64,000 nt of DNA from Myxococcota bacterium. Its GTDB lineage: Bacteria > Myxococcota_A > UBA9160 > JAFDDA01. Positions 56,016-64,000 of the stretch are shown in pieces (position 1 is the first letter of the stretch; each line of letters begins with the position of its first letter). The stretch spans positions 3,904,001 through 3,968,000 of the forward strand of contig OZ245817.1 of NCBI GenBank assembly GCA_965228475.1, read 5' to 3'. The notes beneath the pieces are model-generated. The model did not search any database, was not told the origin of the DNA, and saw only the letters and a program-made list of their open reading frames with translations. A program made the translations under genes and the position numbers.

Positions 56016-57059
56016 CTACACGCTCGCGTAGACGACGGTCTCTTCGCGGTGGATCGTGTGGTGATCGAGCCAGAAGCCGTACTCGGGGTTGATCGCCCGA
56101 ACGAGGCGCGGCAGCGCGTAGAGATCGTCGTGGAGGTGGTAGGCGGAAATGGCGAGGCGCGGCGCGTGCTCGCGCAGGATCCGCGCGGCGCCGGCGATCG
56201 CATCGCGTTCAGCGCCTTCGACGTCCATCTTGATGAAGTCCACCTTCTCGATGCCGCGCTCCGCGACGAAGTCGTCGAGGGCGACGGAGGTGGCCTCGAG
56301 CGAGCCCTTGCCCGAGACGCGCGTGCTCACGCTCGCGTCTTCGTAGCGGAGCGCCTCGCCGCTCTTCGACCAGACGCCGAGGGGCACCTCGACGATCCGG
56401 TCCGCGAGCTCGGGGTTGAGGCCGCGGTTCAGCGCCGAGAGCCGCTGGTTCTCCTCGACGAACTCGAAGACGAACACGCGCCCGGACGGCCCGACCCGGT
56501 TCGCGAAGAGCACGGCCGTGTCGCCGAGCCCGCCGCCGCAGTCGAGCACGGTGTCGCCGGGCTCCGGCTGCACGCGCACGCCGTCGCGTTCGAAGAAGTA
56601 CTGGCGGCCGAAGATCACGTTGGCGAGGAACCCCCGGCGGCAGGCCACCCGGATCCCCTCCTCGACGAGCTCGTAGACGTGGATGGGCTTGGCGCCGCTC
56701 GGGCCGACCTCCCGGGCCACGATCGGCGCCGCCGACCCGGGCTCGCCGATGCGCTCCATGAATCGGGCGAAGCCCGCGCCCCGGTTGCGCGCGTGGCGAA
56801 CCCGGAGATGGCCCAGGCTGTTGAACTGCAGGACGTCGTCGTAGATCTCGCGCGAGCGGTCGTCGACGAACAGGTTGCGGCCCGTCTCGAACTCTTCGAC
56901 GTGATCGAGGATGAAGCGGGTCCACCGCTGGCACGCCGCCAGGTCGACCTGCCCGGGCGACCGGTTCGGGTAGCGGTACTCGGCGAAGTTGTCGCTGTAG
57001 GCGTTGGTCGTGTTCTGGATCAGCCGATCGAGATAGCGGTCCCGGAAGGTCGTCGTCAC
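56016..57059 (-). CDS. FkbM family methyltransferase
   Basis: VLDCGGGLGD, FIKMDVEGAE, LAISAYH. Confidence 0.92.
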   Translation of the reverse strand: MTTTFRDRYLDRLIQNTTNAYSDNFAEYRYPNRSPGQVDLAACQRWTRFILDHVEEFETGRNLFVDDRSREIYDDVLQFNSLGHLRVRHARNRGAGFARFMERIGEPGSAAPIVAREVGPSGAKPIHVYELVEEGIRVACRRGFLANVIFGRQYFFERDGVRVQPEPGDTVLDCGGGLGDTAVLFANRVGPSGRVFVFEFVEENQRLSALNRGLNPELADRIVEVPLGVWSKSGEALRYEDASVSTRVSGKGSLEATSVALDDFVAERGIEKVDFIKMDVEGAERDAIAGAARILREHAPRLAISAYHLHDDLYALPRLVRAINPEYGFWLDHHTIHREETVVYASV

Positions 57060-57102
57060 GGTGGCCCCCTGCGGCCCCGATCGGGGCTCAGCGACACGCA
57101 AC

Positions 57103-57130
57103 GGATCGGCAACCGGGGCCCGCCGGTTGA
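57103..57130 (-). promoter_or_regulatory. Putative sigma-28-type promoter
   Basis: TCAAC-N15-GCCGATCC upstream of the FkbM gene. Confidence 0.4.
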
Positions 57131-57309
57131 CCCAAAACCGGCCAGCACGCCTCGGGCGACCGCGGCCCGGGCTCGCTCCCGGCTTTCCCGGCGAGGTGCT
57201 ATCCCGACTCCTGGCGCGGTGGCCCTGGGACGAAACGAAGTGAAGGCCTTTCACCACATTCGAATGCCATCCTCCGGAAGCGAAACCCCGTCCGGAAGCG
57301 GAACCCCGC

Positions 57310-59199
57310 GTGGCGCTGCGCTTCCGTAGCTTCCGCGCGCGGCTGCTCGTGTTCGTCCTGGGCCTGCTCATCCTGGTCCAGGGCGCCGTGCTGCTCGCGG
57401 TGGGGCGGGTGAACGTCGAGGAGGCCCGGCGCCACGTCGACGAGGCCCTGGGCGTCACGGCCGAGACGTTCCGCCGGGAGCTCGCCTCGCGCAACGAGAG
57501 CCTGCTCGAGAAGGCCCAGCTCCTTTCGGCCGACTTCGCCTTCAAGCAGGCCGTGGCCACCGGCGAGGCCGAGACGATCCGCTCGGCCCTCGAGAACCAC
57601 CGCGACCGCGTGATGGCCGACGTGATGATGCTCGTCTCGATGGACGGCCTCTACGCGATCGACACCCTGCACCCCGACCACGCGGTCGGCGAATGTCCCC
57701 TCGAAAAGCCCGTCACCCTCGCCGAGGACAGCGAGTTCGGCGAAGCGGACGCCATCGAGTTCGTCGACGGGAAGCCCTACCAGCTCGTGGTCGTCCCGCT
57801 CTTCACGCCGGAGCCGACGGCGTGGATCCTGATCGGCTTCGCGATCGACGACCGCTTCGCCGCGGCGCTGCGCGAGGTCACCGGGACGCACGTCTCGCTC
57901 CTGCACTGGGAGGCGGAGGGCCTGCCGTTCGCGAGCACGCTCCCCGCGCCCTGGCGCAAGGACGTGCGCGCGGACCGCGTCAACACGCTCGAGCCGGACA
58001 CGAGCCACATCCTCACGATCGGCCGGCAGGAGCACGTCACCTGGGTCGTGCCGGTCGAGAACAGCGGGGGCACGCGCGTGGCTGCGGTCCTGCAGCGCTC
58101 GCTCGCCAAGGCGCTCGAGCCCTACCTGCGGCTGCGCTTCTTCCTGTTCCTGCTGTTCGGTGCGGGGCTCGTGCTCTCGCTCGTCGGCGGGAGCCTGCTC
58201 GCGGCCGGCGTCACGCGGCCGGTCGCGCAGCTCGCCGAGGCCGCCCGGCGCGTCTCCCGCGGCGAGTACGAGGAGAGCGTCGAGCTCGCGAGCCGCGACG
58301 AACTCGGCCTCCTCGCCGACTCCTTCAACGGCATGATGAAGGGCCTCTCGGAGCGCGACCGTGTGCGTGACCTGCTCGGCAAGGTCGTCTCGCCCGAGGT
58401 CGCCGAGGAGCTCCTCTCGCGCGGCATCGAACTCGGCGGCGAGGAGCGCCGCGTCTCGGTGCTCTTCACCGACGTGCGCGACTTCACCTCGATCTCAGAG
58501 CAGAAGTCCGCCCACGAGCTCGTCGACTTCCTGAACCGCTACCTGACCCAGGCGAGCGACGTCGTCGAGCGCAACGGCGGCGTCGTCGACAAGTACATCG
58601 GCGATGCCGTGATGGCGGTCTTCGGCGCGCCGATCGCGGGCGAAGACGATGCGACGCGCGCCGTCCGCAGCGCGCTCGAGATGTCGGCCGCCCTCGCGCG
58701 CAGCGAGGATGGGCTCTCGATCGGCGTCGGCGTGAACACGGACGTCGTCGTCGCCGGCAACATGGGCTCGCAGACGCGGCTCAACTACACGGTGATCGGC
58801 GACGGCGTGAACCTCGCCGCGCGCCTCGAAGGATTGACGAAGCGCTACGGCGTCGGCGTGATCGTCTCCGAGAGCACGCGCGACGCCTGCCCGAGCCTCG
58901 CCTTCCGCGAGCTCGACCGCGTCCGGGTGAAGGGCAAGGAGCGGCCGGTGCGGATCTTCGAGCCCATCGGGCCGGACGAGACCCTGCCCGACGACGTCCG
59001 AGAACGCCTCGAACGGCACGCCGAAGGGCTGGCGCACTTCCAGGCCGGGCGTTTCGACGAGGCCGCGGCCGTCTTCCGCGAGCTCGACCGGCCCGAGGAC
59101 GCCACGCTCTACGCGCTCTACCGCAGCCGCATCGAGCGCTTCGCGAACGAGCCGCCGCCCGCGGACTGGGACGGAATCATCGTCTTCGACGAGAAATGA
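57310..59199 (+). CDS. Membrane adenylate/guanylate cyclase (periplasmic sensor + HAMP + class III cyclase)
   Basis: LFTDVRDFT, DKYIGDAVMA, YTVIGDGVNLAARLE, VKGK. Confidence 0.95.
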   Translation: MALRFRSFRARLLVFVLGLLILVQGAVLLAVGRVNVEEARRHVDEALGVTAETFRRELASRNESLLEKAQLLSADFAFKQAVATGEAETIRSALENHRDRVMADVMMLVSMDGLYAIDTLHPDHAVGECPLEKPVTLAEDSEFGEADAIEFVDGKPYQLVVVPLFTPEPTAWILIGFAIDDRFAAALREVTGTHVSLLHWEAEGLPFASTLPAPWRKDVRADRVNTLEPDTSHILTIGRQEHVTWVVPVENSGGTRVAAVLQRSLAKALEPYLRLRFFLFLLFGAGLVLSLVGGSLLAAGVTRPVAQLAEAARRVSRGEYEESVELASRDELGLLADSFNGMMKGLSERDRVRDLLGKVVSPEVAEELLSRGIELGGEERRVSVLFTDVRDFTSISEQKSAHELVDFLNRYLTQASDVVERNGGVVDKYIGDAVMAVFGAPIAGEDDATRAVRSALEMSAALARSEDGLSIGVGVNTDVVVAGNMGSQTRLNYTVIGDGVNLAARLEGLTKRYGVGVIVSESTRDACPSLAFRELDRVRVKGKERPVRIFEPIGPDETLPDDVRERLERHAEGLAHFQAGRFDEAAAVFRELDRPEDATLYALYRSRIERFANEPPPADWDGIIVFDEK

Positions 59200-59251
59200 T
59201 CCGCGAGCGCGCGCCGTGCTAGGGTGCGCGCCGGGTTCCGAGGGAGCAGCC

Positions 59252-60001
59252 ATGGATCGTTTCGAGGGAAAGGTCGCACTCGTCACGGGAGCCGCCTCGG
59301 GCATCGGCCGCGCGACGGCGGAGCGGCTCGCCGCCGAGGGCGCCCGCGTCGTCTGCGGCGACGTCCAGGAGGAGGCGCTCTCGGCGACGGTCGGCGCCAT
59401 CATGAAGGCCGGCGGCACCGCTACGGCCCTCGCCTGCGACGTCTCGGACAACGCGGCATGCGTCGGGGCCGTCGAACGGGCGATCGAGACCTACGGCCAG
59501 CTCGACGTGCTCTGCAACATCGCGGGCATCCTCCACTTCGAGCACAGCCACGAGCACACGCTCGACGTCTGGAAGCGGGTCCTCGACGTGAACCTCACGG
59601 GCACGTTCCAGCTCTGCCAGGCGGCGCTGCCCGAGCTGCTCCGCACGAAGGGCAACATCGTGAACATGGCCTCGGTCGCCGCGAGCAAGGGCCACGCCTG
59701 GTCGGCCGCGTACGCCGCTTCGAAGGGCGGCGTCGTCGGCCTGACGCTCACGCTGGCCGTCGAGTACGGCAAGCAGGGCGTCCGGACCAACGCGATCAGC
59801 CCCGGCTCGATCGACACGCCGATCCAGAAGGCCTTCCGCCTGCCCGACGGCGCCAACCCGAAGCTCCTCGAGCGCATCCTGCCGCTCTCCGGATTCGGCT
59901 CGCCCGAGACCTGCGCCGCCGCCATCGCCTTCCTCGCCTCCGACGACGCCGTGCACGTGAACGGCGCGAACCTCGTCGTCGACGGCGGCATGAGCATCTA
60001 G
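59252..60001 (+). CDS. SDR family oxidoreductase
   Basis: TGAASGIG, NIAG, YAASK. Confidence 0.95.
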   Translation: MDRFEGKVALVTGAASGIGRATAERLAAEGARVVCGDVQEEALSATVGAIMKAGGTATALACDVSDNAACVGAVERAIETYGQLDVLCNIAGILHFEHSHEHTLDVWKRVLDVNLTGTFQLCQAALPELLRTKGNIVNMASVAASKGHAWSAAYAASKGGVVGLTLTLAVEYGKQGVRTNAISPGSIDTPIQKAFRLPDGANPKLLERILPLSGFGSPETCAAAIAFLASDDAVHVNGANLVVDGGMSI

Positions 60002-60004
60002 GCC

Positions 60005-60814
60005 ATGTCAGCGGGGGTGTCAGCGGGAAGCCTCGCCCTTCCGCCGCGCATCGGCCGCTACGAGCGGACCGTGGACGGCTCGCTCGAGCGGGTCTGGGAG
60101 AACGTCCACGATTGGGAACACCTCCCCTGGCTCCACCGCTCGAGCTTCCGCTCGATTGCGCTCCTCGAATCCGGCGACTGGGGATGGCGGGCGCGGCTCG
60201 GCCTGCCCGGCCAGCCCGACGATGCCGGCGTCGTGATCGAGCTCCGCCGCCGCCCGGGCGAGCTCGCCTACGACGTCACGACGCTCGAAGGCGCCGGGAC
60301 CGGCAACGTTGTGGCGACGCGGCTCGAGGAGCTCGGACCGGAGCGCGTGGGCGTCGAGGTGGGCTTCCACGCGCCGGGCATCGGCGACGCGGCGGCGGGC
60401 CCGATCGGCGACGCCTTCGCCGCGCTCTACGAACGGCTCTGGGACGAAGACCAGGAGATGATCGCGGGCCGAGCCGCGGCCCTCGCCTGCCCTCCGCCGC
60501 GCGTCCCTTCCGGAGCCGAGGCCGAGCTCGGAGAGCGCGCCCGCCTAGAGACGCCCCTCGATTTCGCCCTCGCGGGCCGGCGCTTCCGGCTCGTCGAGAT
60601 CGACGGGGAACTGTTCGCGCACGACGCCACCTGCCCGCACCGGCTCGGCCCGCTCACCGGTGCGCCGGACGAGCAGGGGCACGTCGTCTGCCCCTGGCAC
60701 GGATACGCCTTCGATGTGCGCAGCGGCCGCTCCGCCGACGGACGCGGATTGCGCCTCGCCCCCGCGCCGCGCGTCGAGATCGTCGACGGCCGGGTCCGCG
60801 TCGTCGCCCCTTAG
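60005..60814 (+). CDS. Rieske [2Fe-2S] protein with N-terminal oxygenase-like Fe-binding domain
   Basis: ENVHDWEHLPWLH at N-terminus; CPH...CPWH at C-terminus. Confidence 0.85.
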   Translation: MSAGVSAGSLALPPRIGRYERTVDGSLERVWENVHDWEHLPWLHRSSFRSIALLESGDWGWRARLGLPGQPDDAGVVIELRRRPGELAYDVTTLEGAGTGNVVATRLEELGPERVGVEVGFHAPGIGDAAAGPIGDAFAALYERLWDEDQEMIAGRAAALACPPPRVPSGAEAELGERARLETPLDFALAGRRFRLVEIDGELFAHDATCPHRLGPLTGAPDEQGHVVCPWHGYAFDVRSGRSADGRGLRLAPAPRVEIVDGRVRVVAP

Positions 60815-60817
60815 GCG

Positions 60818-62179
60818 CTAGGCGGTCAGCTGCGCGAGGGAGAGCGTCGCGAAGGAAAGCGCCAGGAAGAATCCGCACATGTCCGTCACGGTGGTCAGGA
60901 TCGGGCCCGAGGCGAGCGCCGGGTCGAAGCCGAAGCGCCGGAGCAGCAGCGGCACGATCCCCCCGATCGAGACGGCGACGAGCGTGTTCAACGCGAGCGC
61001 GGCGCCGACGACGACGCCGAGCACCAGGCTGCCCTTCCAGAACCACGCCACGCCGCCGATCAGCGTCCCGAGCACGAGGCCGTTCAAGCAGCCGACCGAC
61101 GCCTCCTGCCACCACACGCGCAGGTACTCCTTCGGCTTGAGCACGCCGAGGGTCAGCTCCCGCAGACTGACCGCGACCGCTTGGTTCCCCGAGCAGCCGC
61201 TCATGTCCGAGATGATCGGCAGGAACATGGCCAGGGTGATCACCGCAGCGAGGGTCTCTTCGTAGGCCGCGATCACGCTCGCGGCGATCAGGTTCAGGAA
61301 GATGTTGATCGAGAGCCACGCGAGCCGCCGGCGCGAACGGTGCAGCACCGGCATGGAGCGGAGCTCCTCGCCGCCGACGATGCCGCGGGCCTTGCGCTGA
61401 TCCGCCTGCACGCTTTCGAGCCGCGCCTCGTCGACGTCTTCGCGGAGCAGGATCCCGACCATCCGGTCCGTCTCGTCGACGACGGGAATCCCGAGGAAGC
61501 GGTTCTGCTCGAAGACCTCGAAGATCTCATCGAGGTTCGCCGTCGCGAGCAGCGTCGTGGGAGAGGGGATCATGAGCGACGCCAGGGAGACATCCGGGCG
61601 CGCAAGCAGCAGCCCCCGCAGCGGCAGCACGCCGAGCAGTTCGCCGCGCACGCCGAGCGCGTAGACGTACTGCACCGAGTAGTCCGAGTAGCGCTCCGCG
61701 TTCTCCTGGAGATGGCCGACCAGCTCGCGCACCGTCGCCGACGCCGGGACCGCGACGTACTCGGTGATCATGCGCCCGCCGGCGCTGTCCTCCGGGTAGC
61801 GGAGGATGGCCCGCAGCGATTCCGCCGCCTCGGGCTCGGCCGCCTCGAGGATCGCCTCGGCGGTCGCATCGGGAAGGTGCCCGACGATGTCCGCTCGATC
61901 GTCGCTGTGGACCGCCTCGAGGATGTCGGCCGCGTCCTCGGCCGGCAGCACCTCCACCGCCTCCGCCGCCTGCTGCTCCGGAAGCTCCTCGAGCAGATCC
62001 GCGGCCTGCTCGACGGGCAGGGCCCCGAGCACCTTGGCCCGGTCCTCGGCTTCGAGGTGGGCCAGGGCGTGGGCGCCGTCCCCTTCCTCGGCCTGGTCGA
62101 GCTGGGAGGCGAGCGCCTCCGCATCGCCGGCCTCCGCGGCCTCGAGCAGGTCGTCCCACAGTTCGTTTTCTTCGGCCAA
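60818..62179 (-). CDS. mgtE: Magnesium transporter MgtE
   Basis: Acidic N domain, YPEDSAG, CBS pair, DPALASGPILTTVTD. Confidence 0.95.
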   Translation of the reverse strand: MAEENELWDDLLEAAEAGDAEALASQLDQAEEGDGAHALAHLEAEDRAKVLGALPVEQAADLLEELPEQQAAEAVEVLPAEDAADILEAVHSDDRADIVGHLPDATAEAILEAAEPEAAESLRAILRYPEDSAGGRMITEYVAVPASATVRELVGHLQENAERYSDYSVQYVYALGVRGELLGVLPLRGLLLARPDVSLASLMIPSPTTLLATANLDEIFEVFEQNRFLGIPVVDETDRMVGILLREDVDEARLESVQADQRKARGIVGGEELRSMPVLHRSRRRLAWLSINIFLNLIAASVIAAYEETLAAVITLAMFLPIISDMSGCSGNQAVAVSLRELTLGVLKPKEYLRVWWQEASVGCLNGLVLGTLIGGVAWFWKGSLVLGVVVGAALALNTLVAVSIGGIVPLLLRRFGFDPALASGPILTTVTDMCGFFLALSFATLSLAQLTA

Positions 62180-62301
62180 GGTGATCTCCTTGCCTTGGGG
62201 GATAGCGGCGACACCGGAGTCTGGCGAGGCGAAACGTCGAAGTTGACAGGGACCTCGGCGACCCGATACTCGGGCCGTCCCGCCGGGATGGAGGCCGATC
62301 G

Positions 62302-62526
62302 GTGAGCTGGGCCCGCGTGAAGTTCTGGTCCGCCCTCGCGTGGATCCTCCTCCTGCTCGTCTTCACGGTGCAAAACACCGAGGTCGTCGAGGTCCGGTTC
62401 CTCTTCTGGAGCCTCGCGATCTCCCGGGCCACCCTGCTGGTCGGCGTGTTCGCGATGGGCCTCGCACTCGGCTGGATCGTGAGCGGACTTCGGCACGGCC
62501 ATCGCGAGGCGAAACAAGAGAAGTGA
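62302..62526 (+). CDS. LapA (DUF1049) family small membrane protein
   Basis: FTVQNTEVVEVRFLFW. Confidence 0.85.
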   Translation: MSWARVKFWSALAWILLLLVFTVQNTEVVEVRFLFWSLAISRATLLVGVFAMGLALGWIVSGLRHGHREAKQEK

Positions 62527-62536
62527 GGCGGACCCG

Positions 62537-64000
62537 TTGAGCGAATCGCGAAGGACCCGAGCGGGCATACGGATCGCATCGAGCCTGCTGGCGGGGATGC
62601 TCCTGTTCGCTCCGGCCTCGGCCCAGGTCCGCCTCCCCGGAACGGACGCGGGTTCCTCGAGCAAGGAAGAGGCCGCTCCCGTCAGCCCCGAGACGCTCGC
62701 CGAAGAGCGGGCCCGGCTGGCCGAGGCGGTCGAGGCGCTTCGCGCGACCGCCAACGGGGGTGAGGCGGGAACCGCGGCCCGGGAGCGTCTGGCCCTGCTC
62801 GAACGCCTGGACCGGACGCTCGCGGCCCACCAGGAAAGTCTCGAGCGGCTGGCCGAGCAGTCGCGGCCCGATCTGTCGGGAACCAACCTGCTCGGCGGCG
62901 AGCCGCCCTACCCCTTCGCGCTCTACGAAGCGACCAGCCAGGCCCTCGACATCCATCGGCGCCAGCTGCGCCTGCTCGAAGGCCAGGCAAAGTCGCGACG
63001 CGACGAGATCGAGCGCCTGGCCACGCAGGTCGAGATCGCCGAGCGGGACCGCCGCCGGGCCAAGGAGCGCGTCGAGACGGAGGCCGACGTTCTCGCGCGG
63101 GCGGAGTGGACCGAGACCCTGCGACGGCTCGAGATCGAGAGCCGGCTCGCCCAGGCCGAGCTCGCCCGGGTCCGCACCGAGGCCGCTCTCGAAGGCAGCG
63201 AACTCGAGGCCCAGCGGGAGCAGGCCGACCTCCTCGAGGCCACGCTCTCGCAGATCCGATCCCGGCTCGCCGTCACCCGATTCGACCTCGACGAGCCGCT
63301 GAACCGGATCACCCTGCGCGAAGAGAAGGCCAAGGAACAGAGCGAGCGCGCCCGGACGCAGCTCGCGGCAGCCGAGCAACGCCTCGCTGCCCTGCAGGAG
63401 CGCATCGATGGCTTGACCGCCCTGCCCGAGCCGCTCCGGGCGGAGCTCGAGGCGCGGCGCGCGCAGCGCCGCCTGGCCGAGACCCGCATCGCGGTCGCCG
63501 AGTCCCGCCTCGAGCAGCTCTCTCTCGAGCGCACGATCTGGGAGCGCAGGGTCCAGGCGCTGCGGGGCGCTTCCCGGGAAGAGGTCACGGCCTGGGCCGG
63601 CGAAGCGGACCGCGAGCTCGACCGCATGCGGCGGATCGAGCGCCTCGAGGCCACGCACCGCGACGCTCTGGACCAGGAGCTCGGACGGCTGCGGGCGAAC
63701 CTCGAGACCGCGGACGCCGCGAGTCTCCCGTGGGTCCGGGAGGAACTCCAGGCCGTCGAGTCCATGCGCGGTGAGCACGACACTGCCGTCGGCGACGCCG
63801 CAGCGAGCCGCGCGTTTCTCCAGCGCACGATCGCCGACTTCCGGCCGGAGGAGCGGGACCTCGATGCCGGCGCACGGATGCGCTCGCTTGCGACGCGCGC
63901 CCGCGACCTGTGGGATCGGGAACTGTTCGTCGTCGACGACCGTTCGATCACGCTCGGCAAGGTCGCGATCGCCTCGATCCTGTTCATCCTCGGCATCTCC
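62537..64000 (+). CDS. Large MscS-family (MscK-like) mechanosensitive channel, 5' part, runs off the window
   Basis: Read manually: signal peptide (LLFAPASA-Q), long coiled coil, then LWDRELFVVDDRSITLGKV and first TM in the same frame; the channel domain itself is not visible. Confidence 0.65.
   Translation, partial: MSESRRTRAGIRIASSLLAGMLLFAPASAQVRLPGTDAGSSSKEEAAPVSPETLAEERARLAEAVEALRATANGGEAGTAARERLALLERLDRTLAAHQESLERLAEQSRPDLSGTNLLGGEPPYPFALYEATSQALDIHRRQLRLLEGQAKSRRDEIERLATQVEIAERDRRRAKERVETEADVLARAEWTETLRRLEIESRLAQAELARVRTEAALEGSELEAQREQADLLEATLSQIRSRLAVTRFDLDEPLNRITLREEKAKEQSERARTQLAAAEQRLAALQERIDGLTALPEPLRAELEARRAQRRLAETRIAVAESRLEQLSLERTIWERRVQALRGASREEVTAWAGEADRELDRMRRIERLEATHRDALDQELGRLRANLETADAASLPWVREELQAVESMRGEHDTAVGDAAASRAFLQRTIADFRPEERDLDAGARMRSLATRARDLWDRELFVVDDRSITLGKVAIASILFILGIS

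Noticed and set aside
57240..57254. gtgaa-N5-ttcac palindrome as a CRP site
   Set aside because: Spacing does not match TGTGA-N6-TCACA.
57273..57308. 18-bp tandem duplication upstream of the cyclase gene
   Set aside because: Only two copies, no recognisable motif; a regulatory role cannot be supported.
1..64000. tRNA, rRNA, IS transposase or prophage genes
   Set aside because: None recognised by eye; a covariance-model scan would be needed to exclude small RNAs.

Overview
High-GC bacterial chromosomal segment; the gene content and codon style suggest a Myxococcota/deltaproteobacterial-type genome (inference only). The left ~14.4 kb is an integron gene-cassette array on the minus strand. It has an attI-like head site at ~14.36-14.44 kb, six full-length and several degenerate ~130-bp attC sites, and no integrase gene in the window. 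Proximal cassettes encode nucleases or toxins (two HEPN-like proteins, both disrupted, plus an HNH and a GIY-YIG). Distal cassettes grade into GC-ameliorated genes with eroded attC sites. The most striking observation is that every attC retaining its central loop, intact or decayed, keeps an extended -10 promoter motif (TGnTAnnnT) there, pointing at the next cassette, while the GTT/AAC recombination cores are mostly mutated. This suggests an immobilised array whose attC sites serve as per-cassette promoters. The remaining ~50 kb is housekeeping and accessory chromosome: msrA, AOR+MoaD, an RND efflux operon with TetR, xth, GGDEF/EAL, PhoX-like, a UbiB kinase, an autotransporter-like barrel, a MutS-related protein, an Rsb-type partner-switching module co-transcribed with an Mla/MCE ABC transporter, an adenylate cyclase, a Rieske protein with reversed domain order, mgtE and a partial MscS-family gene. 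No rRNA, tRNA or CRISPR array was recognised.
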